64,000 bases of DNA from Tubulanus polymorphus (lineage: Eukaryota; Animalia; Nemertea), in the NCBI RefSeq assembly GCF_964204645.1, contig NC_134026.1, forward strand, positions 13,328,050 to 13,392,049, in the 5' to 3' direction. Below are positions 13,395 to 27,054 of the stretch, one piece after another. How positions within the stretch are numbered: the stretch's first letter is position 1; each line of letters starts with the position of its first letter. A program made the translations under genes and the position numbers. Below the pieces are notes generated by a model, which was given only the letters and a program-made list of their open reading frames with translations, was not told the DNA's origin and searched no databases.

Positions 13395-14566
13395 TTTTAG
13401 CCCACTTGGGACTTTAGTCCCAGCAGGCTATTGCGTTCACTTTTCGTCCGTCCGTTCGTTAGTTCCTTCGTCCGATCATCCGACACATCTTCAGCCCAAG
13501 AACTGGCCCTGTCAGATTAAAAATAGCCGACTTGCAGCCATTTTTGTAGCCAAAATCGGCACTTTTTACACATTTTTTAACTTTTTGAGGGAAATTTTGA
13601 AGATGAGTCAACTGATCAAAAACCTTGATCTTTCGTATATATTTGAATCCCCCAAGAGCCCATCAGCATAGGAAAAAATTGGGTCGATCGTCCTATGACC
13701 TTTTTAGAAGCCAAAATTGTCAATTTTTTCCCGAATTCTGATTCCTGTAGCTTCCTACTAGTTTACATTTCTCATTGCAATTTGTGATGGGTATTCTTTG
13801 GAAAGGGATCTTTTATACCTGAGACAGGTGTTTTTGATCAGCAAATTATGACGCAATTGGCGGCCATCTTGGTGTCATCAGTACTCATTCGTAGGTGGGA
13901 AAAATTTTTTCCACATTACTTTGATACCTAAGTATATTCTGGCACGATCAATTGGAAAGTTGTGGCTCATCACGTGTTCTTATATTTTTGTGAGTTTCAA
14001 TGTCGTTGGTTTTTGTATATGTCACCAGGGGGCGTTGAATAATACAATAACTTAGTATTTCTATATCATAGTTGTACCAATGCATATTTTGTTTCCACAA
14101 TCGATAGCAAAGTTGTAGGTTATGACATCGTCTATGATTGTGGTTGGTTTTAAGCACATTAGTTATGCTATATGGTCACCAGGGGGCGTTGAAAAGTAGA
14201 ATTACTTAGTATTTCATCATTATATTGGTTCCTAGGTATATTTTGTTACCATGATCAATTGCAAAGTTTTAGTTCATGGCATGTTCTATGATTGTGGTGA
14301 GATCCAAGATCATTGGGTTTTGCATATGGTCACCAGAGGGTGTTGAATAGAAGATTAACTTAGAATTACCATATTAAATTACTTACGAGGCATATTTTGT
14401 TATCGCAATCAAATACAAAATCGTAGCTAATGACATGTTCTATGATTTTGATGCGTTTCAAGGTCATTGGTTTTTTATATGATCACAAGAGAAGGCGTTG
14501 AATGTTGAAATTGTTAGATTGGTGAGCACTTCCAAAGTGGACATGGTGTCACTGGACTGCTAGTTT
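13395..14566 (+). mobile_element. Helentron-associated non-autonomous element (HINE/DINE-1-like), family C, with an internal ~153-bp tandem array
   Basis: 5' TTTTAGCCCACTTGGGACTTTAGTCCCAG hairpin, GTCC/GTTC microsatellite, four ~153-bp units, and a 3' subTIR-like AAGTGGACAT ending CTAGTT. Inverted homologues lie at 45660-45716 and 46178-47060. Confidence 0.7.
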
Positions 14567-16239
14567 AGTTCTGTTTCTAACTGTTTCTACGAAGAGTTAT
14601 TTGGTATCGTTATAGAGAAACACTCTTAGACCGATTCCTAGTCAATTCATTCATAGAAAGACGTTGAATTCTAAAATATTACCCTTCCATAACAATATTT
14701 ATCTTAGAATCTGGCTCAGATAAGTCGACGGTGTACTTACGACGATGGACGATGTTCTCTTTGAATCTTTGTACACATTTTTGTCTTTCAGGTTCGAACC
14801 AGTATCAAACGATAAAATACCCCTTCCTAATATTTTGATGTTTAATTGTGTCTTTGTTTTGGAATTCTCGATTTATGGAAACCCACCGACTACCAGACCT
14901 CCATTTTTGTATGGTCGACGACCATATTGGCATCGTAGCTGGCTCACAGGTGGTCTCCGCTGTGCTGTCACGCGCTGATACACTCAAAAGGTTGATAATA
15001 AACTGGGCGGTGTGGTTTAGACCGACTGGGAAAGGGAACAGCCGAGATACTGACATTTGCACGCATTGATGTCATTTTTACAAACACACGAAGTTTGTCT
15101 TTTTGGTGGGGATGCCCGCCTTAAAGGGACAGCAGTGCTTTATGTACACACGGAGAGTTAAGCGTGTCCCGCATCGTGTAAACACAGACTGAGTCGGATT
15201 TAAAGACGAAAAATGCCCAGTTCGGTGAGCGTATAGTAGGAAAAAAGAAATGATAAACTTGAATTTATTATCACTCACAATGACATCTCCTCATACATCC
15301 ACCCACTACTAGTCAATCTTAAACTCTGTCTTCGACCATATGGACCTTCCGGTCCTCTTGTTATTTTGCTTCTCCTGGTATCAAGCTTGATTTAGCTCAA
15401 GGATTATTTCTTCGAGCCCTGAAAATTTGCGACCATTCATATTTGCCTAATGAAATACGACATGTTAACTATTTGCTCAGAAAACTTGACTAGAACCCGG
15501 TAGCCTGATTTTATTTAAAAAGCTCTTCTTAAGGCTCGCTATTCTGAGTTTAGGAATAATAACTTGAGTACTCACGCGTTGGTCACGGATAAACAGCCTA
15601 TCATTGTACCGTATGTACCTTTACTCGAAAACTCGCAAGTCCCTATTCGGGATAATGAAGTAAATCCTTGCAGCGATAGGATTTTAAGATATTCAAGAAT
15701 CTGCTCTTAGAATTGAAAATTCAAATATCTGTGCAAATCTCAACCACGACACATTTGGCAAACCAATTGGGGAATTGATACGCTGTCCATGCGCAGCGGT
15801 ATCCGCCCCATCAATACGTTCACAGGCGAACGCGAAGCCGTATGGACCGCCTGACACTGATCCAATTGTTTACCAGAACTTAAAAGTGGATAAATGAACA
15901 ATATCAACACAAGGTATTTCTGTCATATCTTAAAATGATTTGCAGTTCAAAATATTTAGCGTCATTCTCGCGAGATTATCAACAACCTGTAAGTAAAATC
16001 CAAGCCCCTGTGCTGAAAGCCTCTTGAAGCAGATGAATGACAGCCGCAGAAAAAAACTTATCTGCTAAGCTGTGCCATGCAATTCAGAATGATTGGAATC
16101 GTAGAAGATTTAAATACAAAGGCCTATATTGCATCGTCTGATTTGAACCTAATATGTACCCACTATTCTCAATAAATCAGTTTGGCTTTGGTTTTCCTCG
16201 CTGTCGGACGTGCTTTAACAGTTGTGGTTAGGGTTAGGG

Positions 16240-16357
<118 letters not shown>

Positions 16358-16599
16358 ACTTATGCCATTTATGCTAATCATTTAATATATAACTATTATT
16401 TTTATGGATTATTAAAAAATGATATCTAATATATTTATTATAAAGTATTATGATGTAATTATCACCTTTATAAAATATGAAATATAATATCTAATATATA
16501 TATTGTATCATTTTGAAATATAGAATATATAATTGGATGAATATGATTCATGCCATGATGCTATTCATCCAATTCATTTAATATATAAATATTATTTAT

Positions 16600-17985
16600 A
16601 TAAAATATAACAAATATCAAAGAAACAACAGTTGCTGAGAATGCAGATTATGAAAATAAGCAAATTAATTGAATTAATTTCAAATAAGAAATATTGGAAG
16701 AAAGTAAAAAACATTTAAAAAATATGGAAAATATTATGAAAATAATTACAGATGAAGAATATCCAAGAATAAGTATAGATTCACAAGTTCAATTCAAAAA
16801 ATCAGAAGTTAAACCAATATATAATATTCAATCTAATTCACAACATATTATTTCAAAACAACATATCGTGATGATTTAGATAAATGTTATAATGACGTAA
16901 AAAAAAAATAGAAGAGACACATTTTGAAGGATCTGGTTTGATAATTGATGAAATTATATTTATGACTTAAAATTTTTAAAATACAAAATATGATAGATTA
17001 AGTTAATCAAAACCAATAGATGAAAATAATCTATTATATTATAAAGATGATAATATAAATGCACCGAGTTATATTAAAGTTACCATTTAAAACTAATGCT
17101 GTCATAAATGTACAATATTTTGATGATAAATGTTTATATTGTAAGTTGTTTACATCCAGCAAATCATAATATTTGTAGATTAACACACTATAAACAGTTT
17201 GAAAATAATTATAGGATAGATAATTTTCCTGTTAAAATTAAACCAATTCCAAAAATAAAAAGAGATAATAATGTGAAAATAAATGTATTCGATTTAATTG
17301 ATTACCAAATAAATATGGTAATAATATAAAACATTTTACATTTGAACCTTTAGAACCTTTATATTTATCAGAAGATTATGATAAAATGATGTTATAGATA
17401 TATTATAATTATAAAAAATGATTTTACGTGGATAAAAATATTGTTTTTTAGACTTTTTAAATTAAATTTTAATTCTGAAACAAGAAGCCCATGGGCCTTG
17501 AAGCATTGGTAGATTATACTTTGGTATTAAGTGGTTATAATGTTTTACATCTGCCGGCAAATCTTCTATGACGATGTTGATTGGGAGGACCACAGACTTA
17601 AAGGTCTATTTGTCTAGTACGATTTTATTCCTAAAAAAATGAATTTATTTTCTGCCGAACGATTTAGTCTAGGCTATTTCTACTGTTAAACAAAAAAAGA
17701 TTACAAAAAAAGGAATTAAACCTGAAAATCATTTTCATACATAAATTTTAATGGTTACTCAAGAAAATAAATTTAATTCTGTTATTCATTATAGAATGTT
17801 AAAATTCTATCTAAAACAAGCAATGATATTTAAAACAGTACATAGATATATTTCATTTTGTCAATCTAAATGGTTAGAAAAATATATAGATTTTAACACA
17901 AAACAAAGAACAATATCTAAAACAGATTAAGAAAAAAACTTTTTTTAATTAATGAATAATGTGTTCCACGAAAAAACATATGAAA
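16600..17985 (+). pseudogene. Polinton/Maverick A: protein-primed DNA polymerase B, N-terminal and central fragments
   Basis: Fragments EGSGL...APSYIK.PFK...INVQ..DDKC, then QSKWLEKYIDFNTKQR...LMNNVFHEKTYEN (motif B-like KLMNNxxxGKTxEN). Many stops and deletions. Confidence 0.8.
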
Positions 17986-19428
17986 ATATAGCTGCGAAGC
18001 AGCGATGACGGGTTTTCTGCAAAGCCATTCAGAAAGTTGGGAATTGTAGTAAATTGAAATATCGATACATAGAATCAAATGCATTGACAGATTCGAACCT
18101 AATATGCTACCACTGTGTAAACGTTAAATATGATCAGGTTTGAAACCGAACATACGCGGACGTACAATCAACAAATATTAATTTATTTGACCAGGCATTT
18201 ATTTTGGCATTCAAACATCATGATACTGTATTATCACCATGCTTAAAAATGGATCTGTCCTATTAAGAACTCATCTTAAGCACCTGCTGAGTCGATAGAT
18301 TGAGTGGATTTACAGATAAGAACGTATTATGATTTAGAATAGATTTAAGAAGTTAATGTTTTTATTGAAATATTTGAATAAATACATATATTGTAGTGTA
18401 GATTCAATCAATAAATTATGAATTGATCTGGTCTGGGTTTTCGGCTGATGTTGATTTTGGCTTTTATGGATTACAAATTCTATAGTGATAAACAATTGAT
18501 ACCTGCAACATGTCTGTAAATCAAACCTATTCCGCTAGTTGCGTGTGTTTCCTAATAAACGGTAGAGTCACTCTTGATCTGAGTTATTAGAAATATAATG
18601 TTCATTTAGTTATAGAAATTCATTGCCTTTTTGGAAATTCTGTAATAATATTTGTTCTGTCCCAATTTTTATTACTGTATGAACCAATGATATGCTTTGT
18701 AAATATGATGTAATAAAATAAATTTGAATTTGAATTAAATTTGAACATGAGAATCAAGCATAACTTGTGTTTTTTTCAACTTGTCTTTTGTTCCAGAGTT
18801 TCAATTACAATCAAATCCAAATTGGCTAAAAAATACATAGGACTAAATGAAATGAACCGTTAGTTACTGCAAACCTATTCCAGTGTTATGTCGATCGTGT
18901 TGAATCACTTTCCTTGAGTTGAAAGAATCAGATCTTCTATAGTGCAACATCGGTCGAAGAGAGATATCTTGGTGTTGACTCTCCTTGACCATCTAACTGC
19001 ATGCATTCGACATTGGAATCAGCATCATACCCATTTGAACTGCAAAATATTCATACAACATGAAAACCTACAGTACATGTATACAGTAATCAAACTTTCA
19101 CCGATGTTGGATATTTGAATGAACGTTGGGCTTATTTCAGTATTCTAAAGCAGGAAATAATAAGACCAATCAATAGGCCCTATTCCCATTGGAACAATTG
19201 TATAATGCATACGCTGTACCATCAGTCAGTCACTTATCAGTCAAGAATGGAGAAATCGGTATACCAAACCTACGAACAGCAAAATGTACAGGCCTACAAT
19301 GATTTCGGGTATACAAGCCGTGACCACATTGACTAATTATGTCAGCAGGTCAGAGAAGGCCTGGCCAAATTTAATCACATGACTCAAATCAATTAGCCTT
19401 TCTGCGTGTGAATACTTCACTGTATTGT

Positions 19429-19591
19429 GGGATCATTCATTTATTACGTACGCATTAGGGGAGGGGGAGGGGTCAGGTAAATTACGTACTGTAATGCTTA
19501 ATGTACATGAAAAAATGGCAGATTTTGCGTACAGAGGGGGAGGGGGTTGAAATAATCAAATTTTATGCGTACGTAATAAATGAATGATCCC
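19429..19591. mobile_element. 163-bp MITE with 3-bp TSD (PIF/Harbinger-like)
   Basis: TIR GGGATCATTCATTTATTACGTACGCA, TSD TGT. It is absent from the sister HINE copy near 45025, and a second copy lies at 34894-35066. Confidence 0.9.
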
Positions 19592-19764
19592 TGTTTTAAA
19601 AATAGGCCTATCGAGTGAATTAGTAAATAGACTGAATTAGACTTTGACTAGTCCTGGCCAAATCCTATCCATGTTATAATTGCACCAGTTATAGTAACAT
19701 CACTGTAGGGCCGACGAGAGGGAAAAAGTTGTGTTTGTAGTACATAGGCATGGTAGGCTTGTCG

Positions 19765-20258
19765 TACTCACTTAATACCCGGTACTTAAAACGCTGTTGT
19801 TACCAGTACGGTGATTTCTACAGGTTAGCCGTATGTGAGTATGTTGACGCTCAGACTTGCAATATTGGGATTCGAAACGAAACGAAAAAAAATCCAGTTG
19901 TAGTCCAGTGATTTACCCACTGTGCCACAGAACGTAACTGCAGGTCGGATGAAATTTGATTTACAAATAGCCTAGCCTCACCTAACCCAAACTCTATTCT
20001 TTCACGCATATTGCACGTTTGCATATTTTAGGAACTCACTTACGGCCTTTTTAGGGAACTCACGTACGGTTAAACTGTGGATATCACCGTACAGTCACTG
20101 GCACGTACGGGTAACAACTTCGTACTTAAAAAATGGTATTGCTACTAGAGGAACTCACGTACGGCGTCAGTAGGGAACTCACGTACGATTAACCTGTGGA
20201 GATCACCGTACAGTCACGTACGAGTAACAACTACGTACTTACTGGTATTGACTACTAT
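19765..20258. repeat. Inverted-repeat element with a tandemly duplicated right arm (GGAACTCACGTACGG subrepeats)
   Basis: GTACGGTGATTTCTACAGGTTAGCCGTATGTGAGT is inverse to ACTCACGTACGGTTAAACTGTGGATATCACCGTAC. The right arm is repeated at about 20030-20150 and 20150-20258. Confidence 0.6.
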
Positions 20259-22111
20259 ATAATAGACCTATAGACAAATAAATACCGGTACTGTGGTAGG
20301 CTTTCTTAGCTTCCACACTTCACAACCAAACCAACTGACCAACCAGTATATTTATTCCCAGTACGCACCAACCGGCACAGGCCTAACACTGTTTGTCAAC
20401 TGTGTGTACCGTAGTAGGCTATCGATAATCACCTGATACTTTTCTGTCGTTTGTTTTCTCTCTGAGACGAACGTAATTCTGCAAAAGGTTGAAAGCCTGT
20501 TTTGGTCGATGGCTAGTGACGTCATCAAGATCGCCTTTTTGTTACCCCCACAGCTAAACAACTCACTTTTAACGGTTACCCGCTGAATTTGAATTTGCCG
20601 TCAAGTGTAGTCTTGCTGGCTGTTGATTAAAAGATTGTGAATCATGTTTTCCGAACGTGTTAAGCTTGTCTCCGGACCAGTTGGTGGGAATATTGGTTTG
20701 AAAAAAGAGGTAGATTGCAAGATTATAAAAAACTCACTGGGTAACACCGTGCACGGTGGTGCAGGCGTCGCGACCGCGCGGCGGCAGGGCTTTTTAATTT
20801 TGGCTTTTGCCAGTTTTGGAGTCTTGTTATTGCCACCACGGCCACGTTACCACCACACTCACATTGTCGCTAGGCCTACTGTACTGCCACCACTTTACTT
20901 GCTACTAACTCGGCTAATTTGTCTTCATCCACGCTTACTCCCCCCCCCCTCCCAATGTTAACAAGTAATTTCTGCCAACCGAACCACCAGTCGCAGTAGC
21001 CGTAGGCAGTATACTATAGTGCAGTAGTGGGTACCCAGTGGCATGCCATTGCCATGCCACTGGGTATAGGCCTATGTTGCCCGTACACAGTCACCACCTA
21101 TTAGGCCTTAAATATTCCAACAACCATTCCAAATCCAGCAACAAAAAATAAACAATAAATTTTAAGGCCTCGAAACAGAATGGTAGTTCCCTGTATTCAG
21201 AGTCAATGAAAAGGTATTTCTTGTTGCAGATAGATAGCCTAACCAATTTCATAATAAGTACTTTTCATTCCTTTATTTATATAGCCTAACTGTTCAATCC
21301 TGGCCCTGGCCACTGAGGGTGTATGCATTAGGTCTGGTCCCAGTTTCACTGAGCTAGTTAGCCAACAATTAAGCTGAGAAATTTTGTTAAGTGGCAATTC
21401 AGGGTCAGATCAGGAGAGTATACAGGGGTGTACACCCCTTAAAACTTTTAAGTTGCACTGAAATTTAAGGGGAAAATGAAAAATATCAACAAGTATTTTT
21501 AAAAAGCTTATATTCCAAAACATGTTCTCTGTAGGCCTACTTCCAAAATATAGGTGTTATGTTTTCTGGTGCCCTTTTGATTTTTATTTATATATGATAC
21601 TGATACGTATGCCCTATTTTGGGCTGCACCCCTCCCTGAATCAGTCTGCCTGCAATTAAGAGGATGTTTATAGATAATTTGATTTAGAGGAATCTTTTTA
21701 ATTTAGTGCCTGATGTTAGGCCTTCCACAGCCTGGTAGAGGTGGTTTAGGTGAACAAGTTAGTCTTCATACTGCAGGACTTTTAGGTGAAGGTGAAACTG
21801 GCCCTTGTTTATGCATAGGCTACTTACTGTGTGTGCACGCTTATCTTTATGCTTATTCAATTAGAATACCCATGTAGCTACCAAATAAGCACCGCTTCAG
21901 AAGTTTTTAGAAATTTTCACTTCAATAACACTGTGTTCTATTTTTGGGCACTAGCTACTATTATGCACAATTTTTTCAATCAATTCTATCACATTGATAT
22001 ACATATATGTGTCACTTCTTTTGCATATAGTAGGGTCTTACAGTAACCAGTGTGCTCTCTCACACCTCCCTGTGATATTGGCCTGAGACTGACAAATAAT
22101 CTTTTTTGTAG

Positions 22112-22600
22112 CGTATTGGTCTCGTAGCAGACAGCATTTTAAAGTATGCTGGGCTAGATGGTGTAGGCTTATTTGAATGGACAAGGATCGTGTGCCCCGG
22201 AGGAACCATTGAAACATTGATGGAAGGTAATTTCTCGGTTCAGTACTGATTTATATTGTTCATTTTCATTGGGTTACTGATTAGTTGTATATTACAGAAT
22301 TGAAAAAGGTGAAGATGCTGAATGTGGAACAACTAATCGTCCATGTTGGAACAAATAATATGACGCGTGATGTCCCGCTTGAGATTGTTCTGCGAAGACA
22401 CGTTGAATTAATTCGATTGTTGCTCTATAAATGTACTGGGACCATCATTGTACCAGCTCTTTTTCCTCGATGTGATGAGTAAGTATCAAGAATAGATTTT
22501 TCTTGAAGTACTATATTTATGATCGATGTAATGATTTTTAAATTTCTTTCTTTTTTAAAGTTTCGATGCTGACTACTACTCATCCGATTTCAATAATTAA
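22112..22600 (+). pseudogene. Intron-containing SGNH/GDSL hydrolase gene remnant inside the HINE (exons 22112-22226, 22298-22478, 22561 onward)
   Basis: Spliced translation RIGLVADSILKY...VCPGGTIETLME/ELKKV...LIVHVGTNN...IIVPALFPRCD/DFDAD contains SGNH blocks I (ADS), II (PGG) and III (GTNN). Canonical, in-frame 71- and 82-nt GT-AG introns; truncated in exon 3. Confidence 0.8.
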
Positions 22601-23605
22601 ACTACCTACACTGACCTTATGTTGTTATCTTTTCATTGTTTACACTCCAAAGAATATATTTGAAGTTCAAGTGGCTGGAAATTGCCTCTAGAAATATTTT
22701 ATTACCGCTTTTGTTTTACTAAAAAACGGTTCCTCGCGAGACTCACCCGCATGAAAAAATCAATATCTTAGCAACACAACAATGGATACCGCTCTGCGCG
22801 ACTCGTGGTTATTTGACAAGTCATGAAAAATCGTTTCATACACAAAATGCGATGACAAAATGACTAAATAAACACAACAGTAAGAACAAGAAAGATCAGA
22901 GGTTTGCAATGATGGTTTATTTTTTGAAATCGGTTGAATGAGAGCTGAGTAGTGATGATATAATTAGAGTTGAATTAAAAAGAATTTAAAATCACCGCGT
23001 ATATGGCTTCCGCGACTTAGTGTCAGGGGTCGCATTAGCGATATACCACTGACACTAAGGTTCTCAGTGAAGTTTATTGACGCATTTGGTTACATGAACT
23101 GATCAGCAATATACTTAAATGAAATAACCGGAATAACAAGAAATCAAAAATATTAAAGAGGTAACAAACAAATGCCCGTAAACCTGTCAGACACGCGAAC
23201 GCCGGACTCGTAAACTCTTGGACTCGGACCCGCTGAGCAATAAATTCATAGAATTTACTTTGAAATTGATTGTGGAGAAGAGAGGGAATAATTCGATAGC
23301 TCTTCCTCATAAAGAAGAGAGAAATTTCGGAAAGAAAAGACAACATGGCTACTAATTGAACGGAGCCAAATTTTCGATGTTTACGGCTCGACAGTGCCTT
23401 TATAACGTGGATTTATCAAAATTCCCATGCAGTATCTGGAGATTAAAGTGAGCTGAAGGATATCATACGGATTGATTGTATCGGCGACAGCGGTAAGGTA
23501 AGGAAGCCTTTACACTTTTAACAAAAACTGTGTGGAAAAGGGAAAAAAATAATAATAATCACGCGAATTTCAATGGGGTTTTCTGTGAAGCAACAGAAAA
23601 CCCTA

Positions 23606-23920
23606 AATATTAGAAATAGAAATGATATTGAAAAAGTTTGCAATGGAAAGAGAATTAGACATTTACAAACATATCCAAAATCTTTAGGAAATAGATTATT
23701 TGGTGAAAACTTAGCAGCAGTAAAAATTTAAAGATGAATTAGATCTAAAATTTATAGTTATACAACTAAAACTCATGAATCAATGTAATTGATCGGAATA
23801 ACAAAGCACGTTATTGAAGAAATGTTCATTTCAAAGATTATAGAAATTGTATTTTTAATGAAGAAACTAGCAATCATGAAATGAAATGTTTAAGATCTGA
23901 AGATCATGATATAATTCTCT
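23606..23920 (+). pseudogene. Polinton A pPolB continuation (C-terminal fragments, motif C deleted)
   Basis: IRNRNDIEKVC...LFGENLAAVK jumps to KFKDEL, SKIYSYTTK and HEMKCLRSEDHD, homologous to 60330-60590 on the minus strand. Confidence 0.75.
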
Positions 23921-24439
23921 AATAATATAATCCATACAATTTGTCTCCAATACTCCATTATATAATCAATTAATTATCCACTTTTGAACCATATATTAAG
24001 AAGAAAAATTACCATCTTCAAAATATTTTGTTATTTTAGTTTTAATTAATTCAACATTTATATTATCATTAGTTTCATTTTCATATATTTCAGTTATAAT
24101 ATTTTCTTTATCATCAAAAATAAAATCTTCGTCTAATTCATAACTTTAAAGATTTTCTAATAAAATCACTAATTATTTCTACATTATAAAAATTACTTTA
24201 TTTATAGTTGTTTCATAATTAAATGTAGTATTTTTAATATGTGTTATCACATCATTAATATCAAATTTCATTTCTTTTTCACGTTTGAAATCAAAACCAA
24301 AACATATACTCGTTCCAACAATAATATTCATATTTATATTGGGAGTAAAATTACACATTACATCTTTCATAAATTACATGAACATTATCCAAATCAATTA
24401 GATATCCATTATGATTTCTTATTTCAATTAGATATCCAT

Positions 24440-24640
24440 TATGATTTCTAATTTCTAATTTGAAATTATCAAATTGTGAAATACAAGGTTTGATTTCACA
24501 TTCAGATAAATAATAATTTATTAGTGTTCCTAATTGTTTTACATTTTCAATGGCAAATTACTTAATAAACTAGAATTACAAATTGAACTTTCATTTGCAT
24601 CGAATGTTTTTGTAGGTTCTATTAAATTACAATAAATATA
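24440..24640 (-). pseudogene. Polinton A: possible minor capsid (penton) C-terminal fragment
   Basis: IYCNLIE...SSLLSN...LGTLINYY...KPCISQFDNFKLEIRNHNG resembles the C-terminal IYCDLIE...i.i.d..G pattern of Polinton minor capsid proteins; frameshifted. Confidence 0.4.
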
Positions 24641-25141
24641 ACAAGAGGCCCACGGGCCATATACCTTCATGATGCAGTAGAAGAAGAATGATTCAGTATT
24701 CAAAGTTTTACAGAAAGATTTACATTGTAACGATGTAACAAGTTTTAGAATAGTTAAGATGGTATAGGCTATGTGGCGATAATGTTCATTTTCTGTTAAG
24801 ATATCCTTACATGAAAAGACAAGCACATTCTTGCTGCCCCAAAGATCACACTACATGAAATAAATTGCCCATGGGCAAAGTCAGGTTTACCTTAAAAGCT
24901 AGAGGTTGTTTGGAAGGGCATTGCTTGAAAAATCTTTTTAATTCGTGACTTCAAAGTTCCACAAGTTTATATTGTATTTTATCTTTCTTAAAGAATTATT
25001 TTGTAGTCAAATAAGACCAAAGATATACATTTGTTTACGGTCCACGTCCAAAATTTTGTAGGGTACAGGTAGACGCGGCAGGGAAGCTATTCTATAATTT
25101 CCAAAAAATGTGTTTCACAATATGAAAAAATATTCAAATAA

Positions 25142-25716
25142 GGCCATCCCAAAATAATTGTCTGTTTGCCGAAACACCGACTCAACTTTTCAGGATGAGT
25201 CGGTAGATAGGTAGAAATTTCTTTTGCAAAATTTTTGGGCAAAAAACCCAAATTTTTCACCTTTGGGCTTTTTTTACATGGAAACAATATCGAAAAAAAA
25301 AATCATCTACGTTGTGCACGGGAAATTTGTCTAATAGCGTAGATTTCAAGAAATATTCTAAAATTATAACTTCGTCCAGAGCGTCATCTCTGAAATGAAA
25401 CAGTACATTGAATATGTGCGCGCTTTTACGTTACCAGCTTTAATTTTGTCACTAATAGAATGAATGGCAGCTTATTGGAACACTGCCAGTTTCCTGGAAA
25501 ACTTAAACTAGGCCACATCTCAAGGCATGTTTTCACACGATGCACACTTGAATTCAAACATACGTAGCTCATACGTCGGCAGTGGGTCGGTCGGTCGGCC
25601 GTTTTTATCAAACATGACATTTATTTCAATGAATCCCAGAAAAAAAGTTTTCACTCGGTACCTTTGAAGTCGGGTCGGTCGGGTTACGGCAAACAGACCA
25701 TTATTTTGGGATGGCC
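25142..25716. mobile_element. MITE with TAA TSD (PIF/Harbinger-like)
   Basis: TIRs GGCCATCCCAAAATAATTGTCTGTTTGCCG and CGGCAAACAGACCATTATTTTGGGATGGCC, flanked by TAA on both sides. Confidence 0.88.
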
Positions 25717-26629
25717 TAAAATTCATATGATGTCACATATCAGAGGGTGTTGCTGAATATTGGGTCATGGAAACCTCTTTCAATGTTGGCCACGGAAGCT
25801 AAAATACCGGTACAGAAGAAATCGACTATAAGATCGTTTTAAATCCTGGAATTTACCCCTACAATATTCAGACCTCGACCTATAGTTTGCTGCTTAGTAT
25901 TTTCAGGTCACAAGAAATTACAATTTATTACAAATTCTATCGAACAGAAAACACAGCGCTCATCTTCTGCTACGATTAGTCAGCCTATTTTCATTTCAAA
26001 CGCGCACGCGTTACAGCATCACCTTGAGTAGTATACTGTACGAGCTTGTGTGTGTGTGTGGTGTAGCACTCCGCGTGCATGTGGAGGCCTCGTGTAAGTG
26101 AATATTCGCTTACACCTCAATGTCAATCAAAACAATCACCGAGTACTAAAATGAAACAATACCTATGGCAGATGAGTGAAATAATTACATCCTCACCAGC
26201 AATGAGCATTTGAAATCGGCACGTATACGGTACCTAGTTCAATGAAACGTACGCCATTCTATGGCTTTCCCATAATTATTTTAGTAGCGCCGGAATTCCC
26301 CGTAAATCCCCAAAACAGCCAATCCCATTTGCTCGTAGAGATGACGCCCCCAATCGGTGTCATTGCAATTTTATACGCGAGAGCTAAGAATTCTCCCGCC
26401 AAAAACACTTTTTTCGTAGAATTTTAATTCAGTTGACCATGTCATCGACGGAGGTTCGCCTGTGTCTTCAATCGCATCGATTCTACGTCGTTTAAGCCGA
26501 GAACCAATGAAACAAATGCTCACATAAAAAAAAACGTTCCGCAATTTTACATGAATTGGCTCAATGCCAACATCATATCGCTGACAAAGGTAAACCAAAA
26601 ATGCATGAAGAATTGGTGTAGGCATCGTG

Positions 26630-26990
26630 CTGAAAAGAAATCCAAGATGGATGGCAACTCTGGTGGCCATACTTGAACTCAATTTTCAATAAGGGGTAGA
26701 CATTTTACCAATAATTCTTACACCTAGTATCATGAAAAGGCATCAAGAATTGCAGTTCGTTTCGTGCAAGAAATTCAAGATGGATGACCTTGCGGCCATA
26801 TTTGAAAGCCGATGACCTCCATGTACAAAAGGCATGGACAGTTTACCTATTCTGATCCTCACACCAAATTTTGTGGAAATCCATCAAGAATTGCGGGCTG
26901 CATCGTGCAAACAAGAAATTCAAGATGGACACCCCAATGGCAGCCATATTTGTTCACCAATGACATTTTTTTACAATAGGGACCCAATCT
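26630..26990. repeat. Diverged ~140-bp tandem units containing CAAGATGG...GGCCATATTTG (HINE-type internal satellite)
   Basis: CAAGATGGA recurs at about 26643, 26777 and 26921 with shared flanks (CATCAAGAATTGC, CAAGAAATTCAAGATGG). Confidence 0.6.
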
Positions 26991-27054
26991 TCAAGCTAAT
27001 TTTCTCAAAGATGCATCGCAAATTACAGGCGAATTACTGTGTTGAATTCAATTC

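Larger units (their letters stand above)
17986..23605 (-). mobile_element. 5.6-kb Helentron/HINE element (family A) inserted into the Polinton A pPolB
   Basis: One end is ATATAGCTGCGAAGCAGCGATGACGGGTTTTCTG (stem-loop plus subTIR); the other is the hairpin GGGTTTTCTG-TGAAGCAA-CAGAAAACCC. Removing the element restores pPolB ...KTYEN|IRNRNDIE. No TSD; A/T-rich target. Confidence 0.85.

Noticed and set aside
19860-19932. tRNA gene on the minus strand (A-box TGGCACAGTGG, B-box GTTTCGAATCCC)
   Set aside because: No complete cloverleaf; more likely a SINE head fragment.
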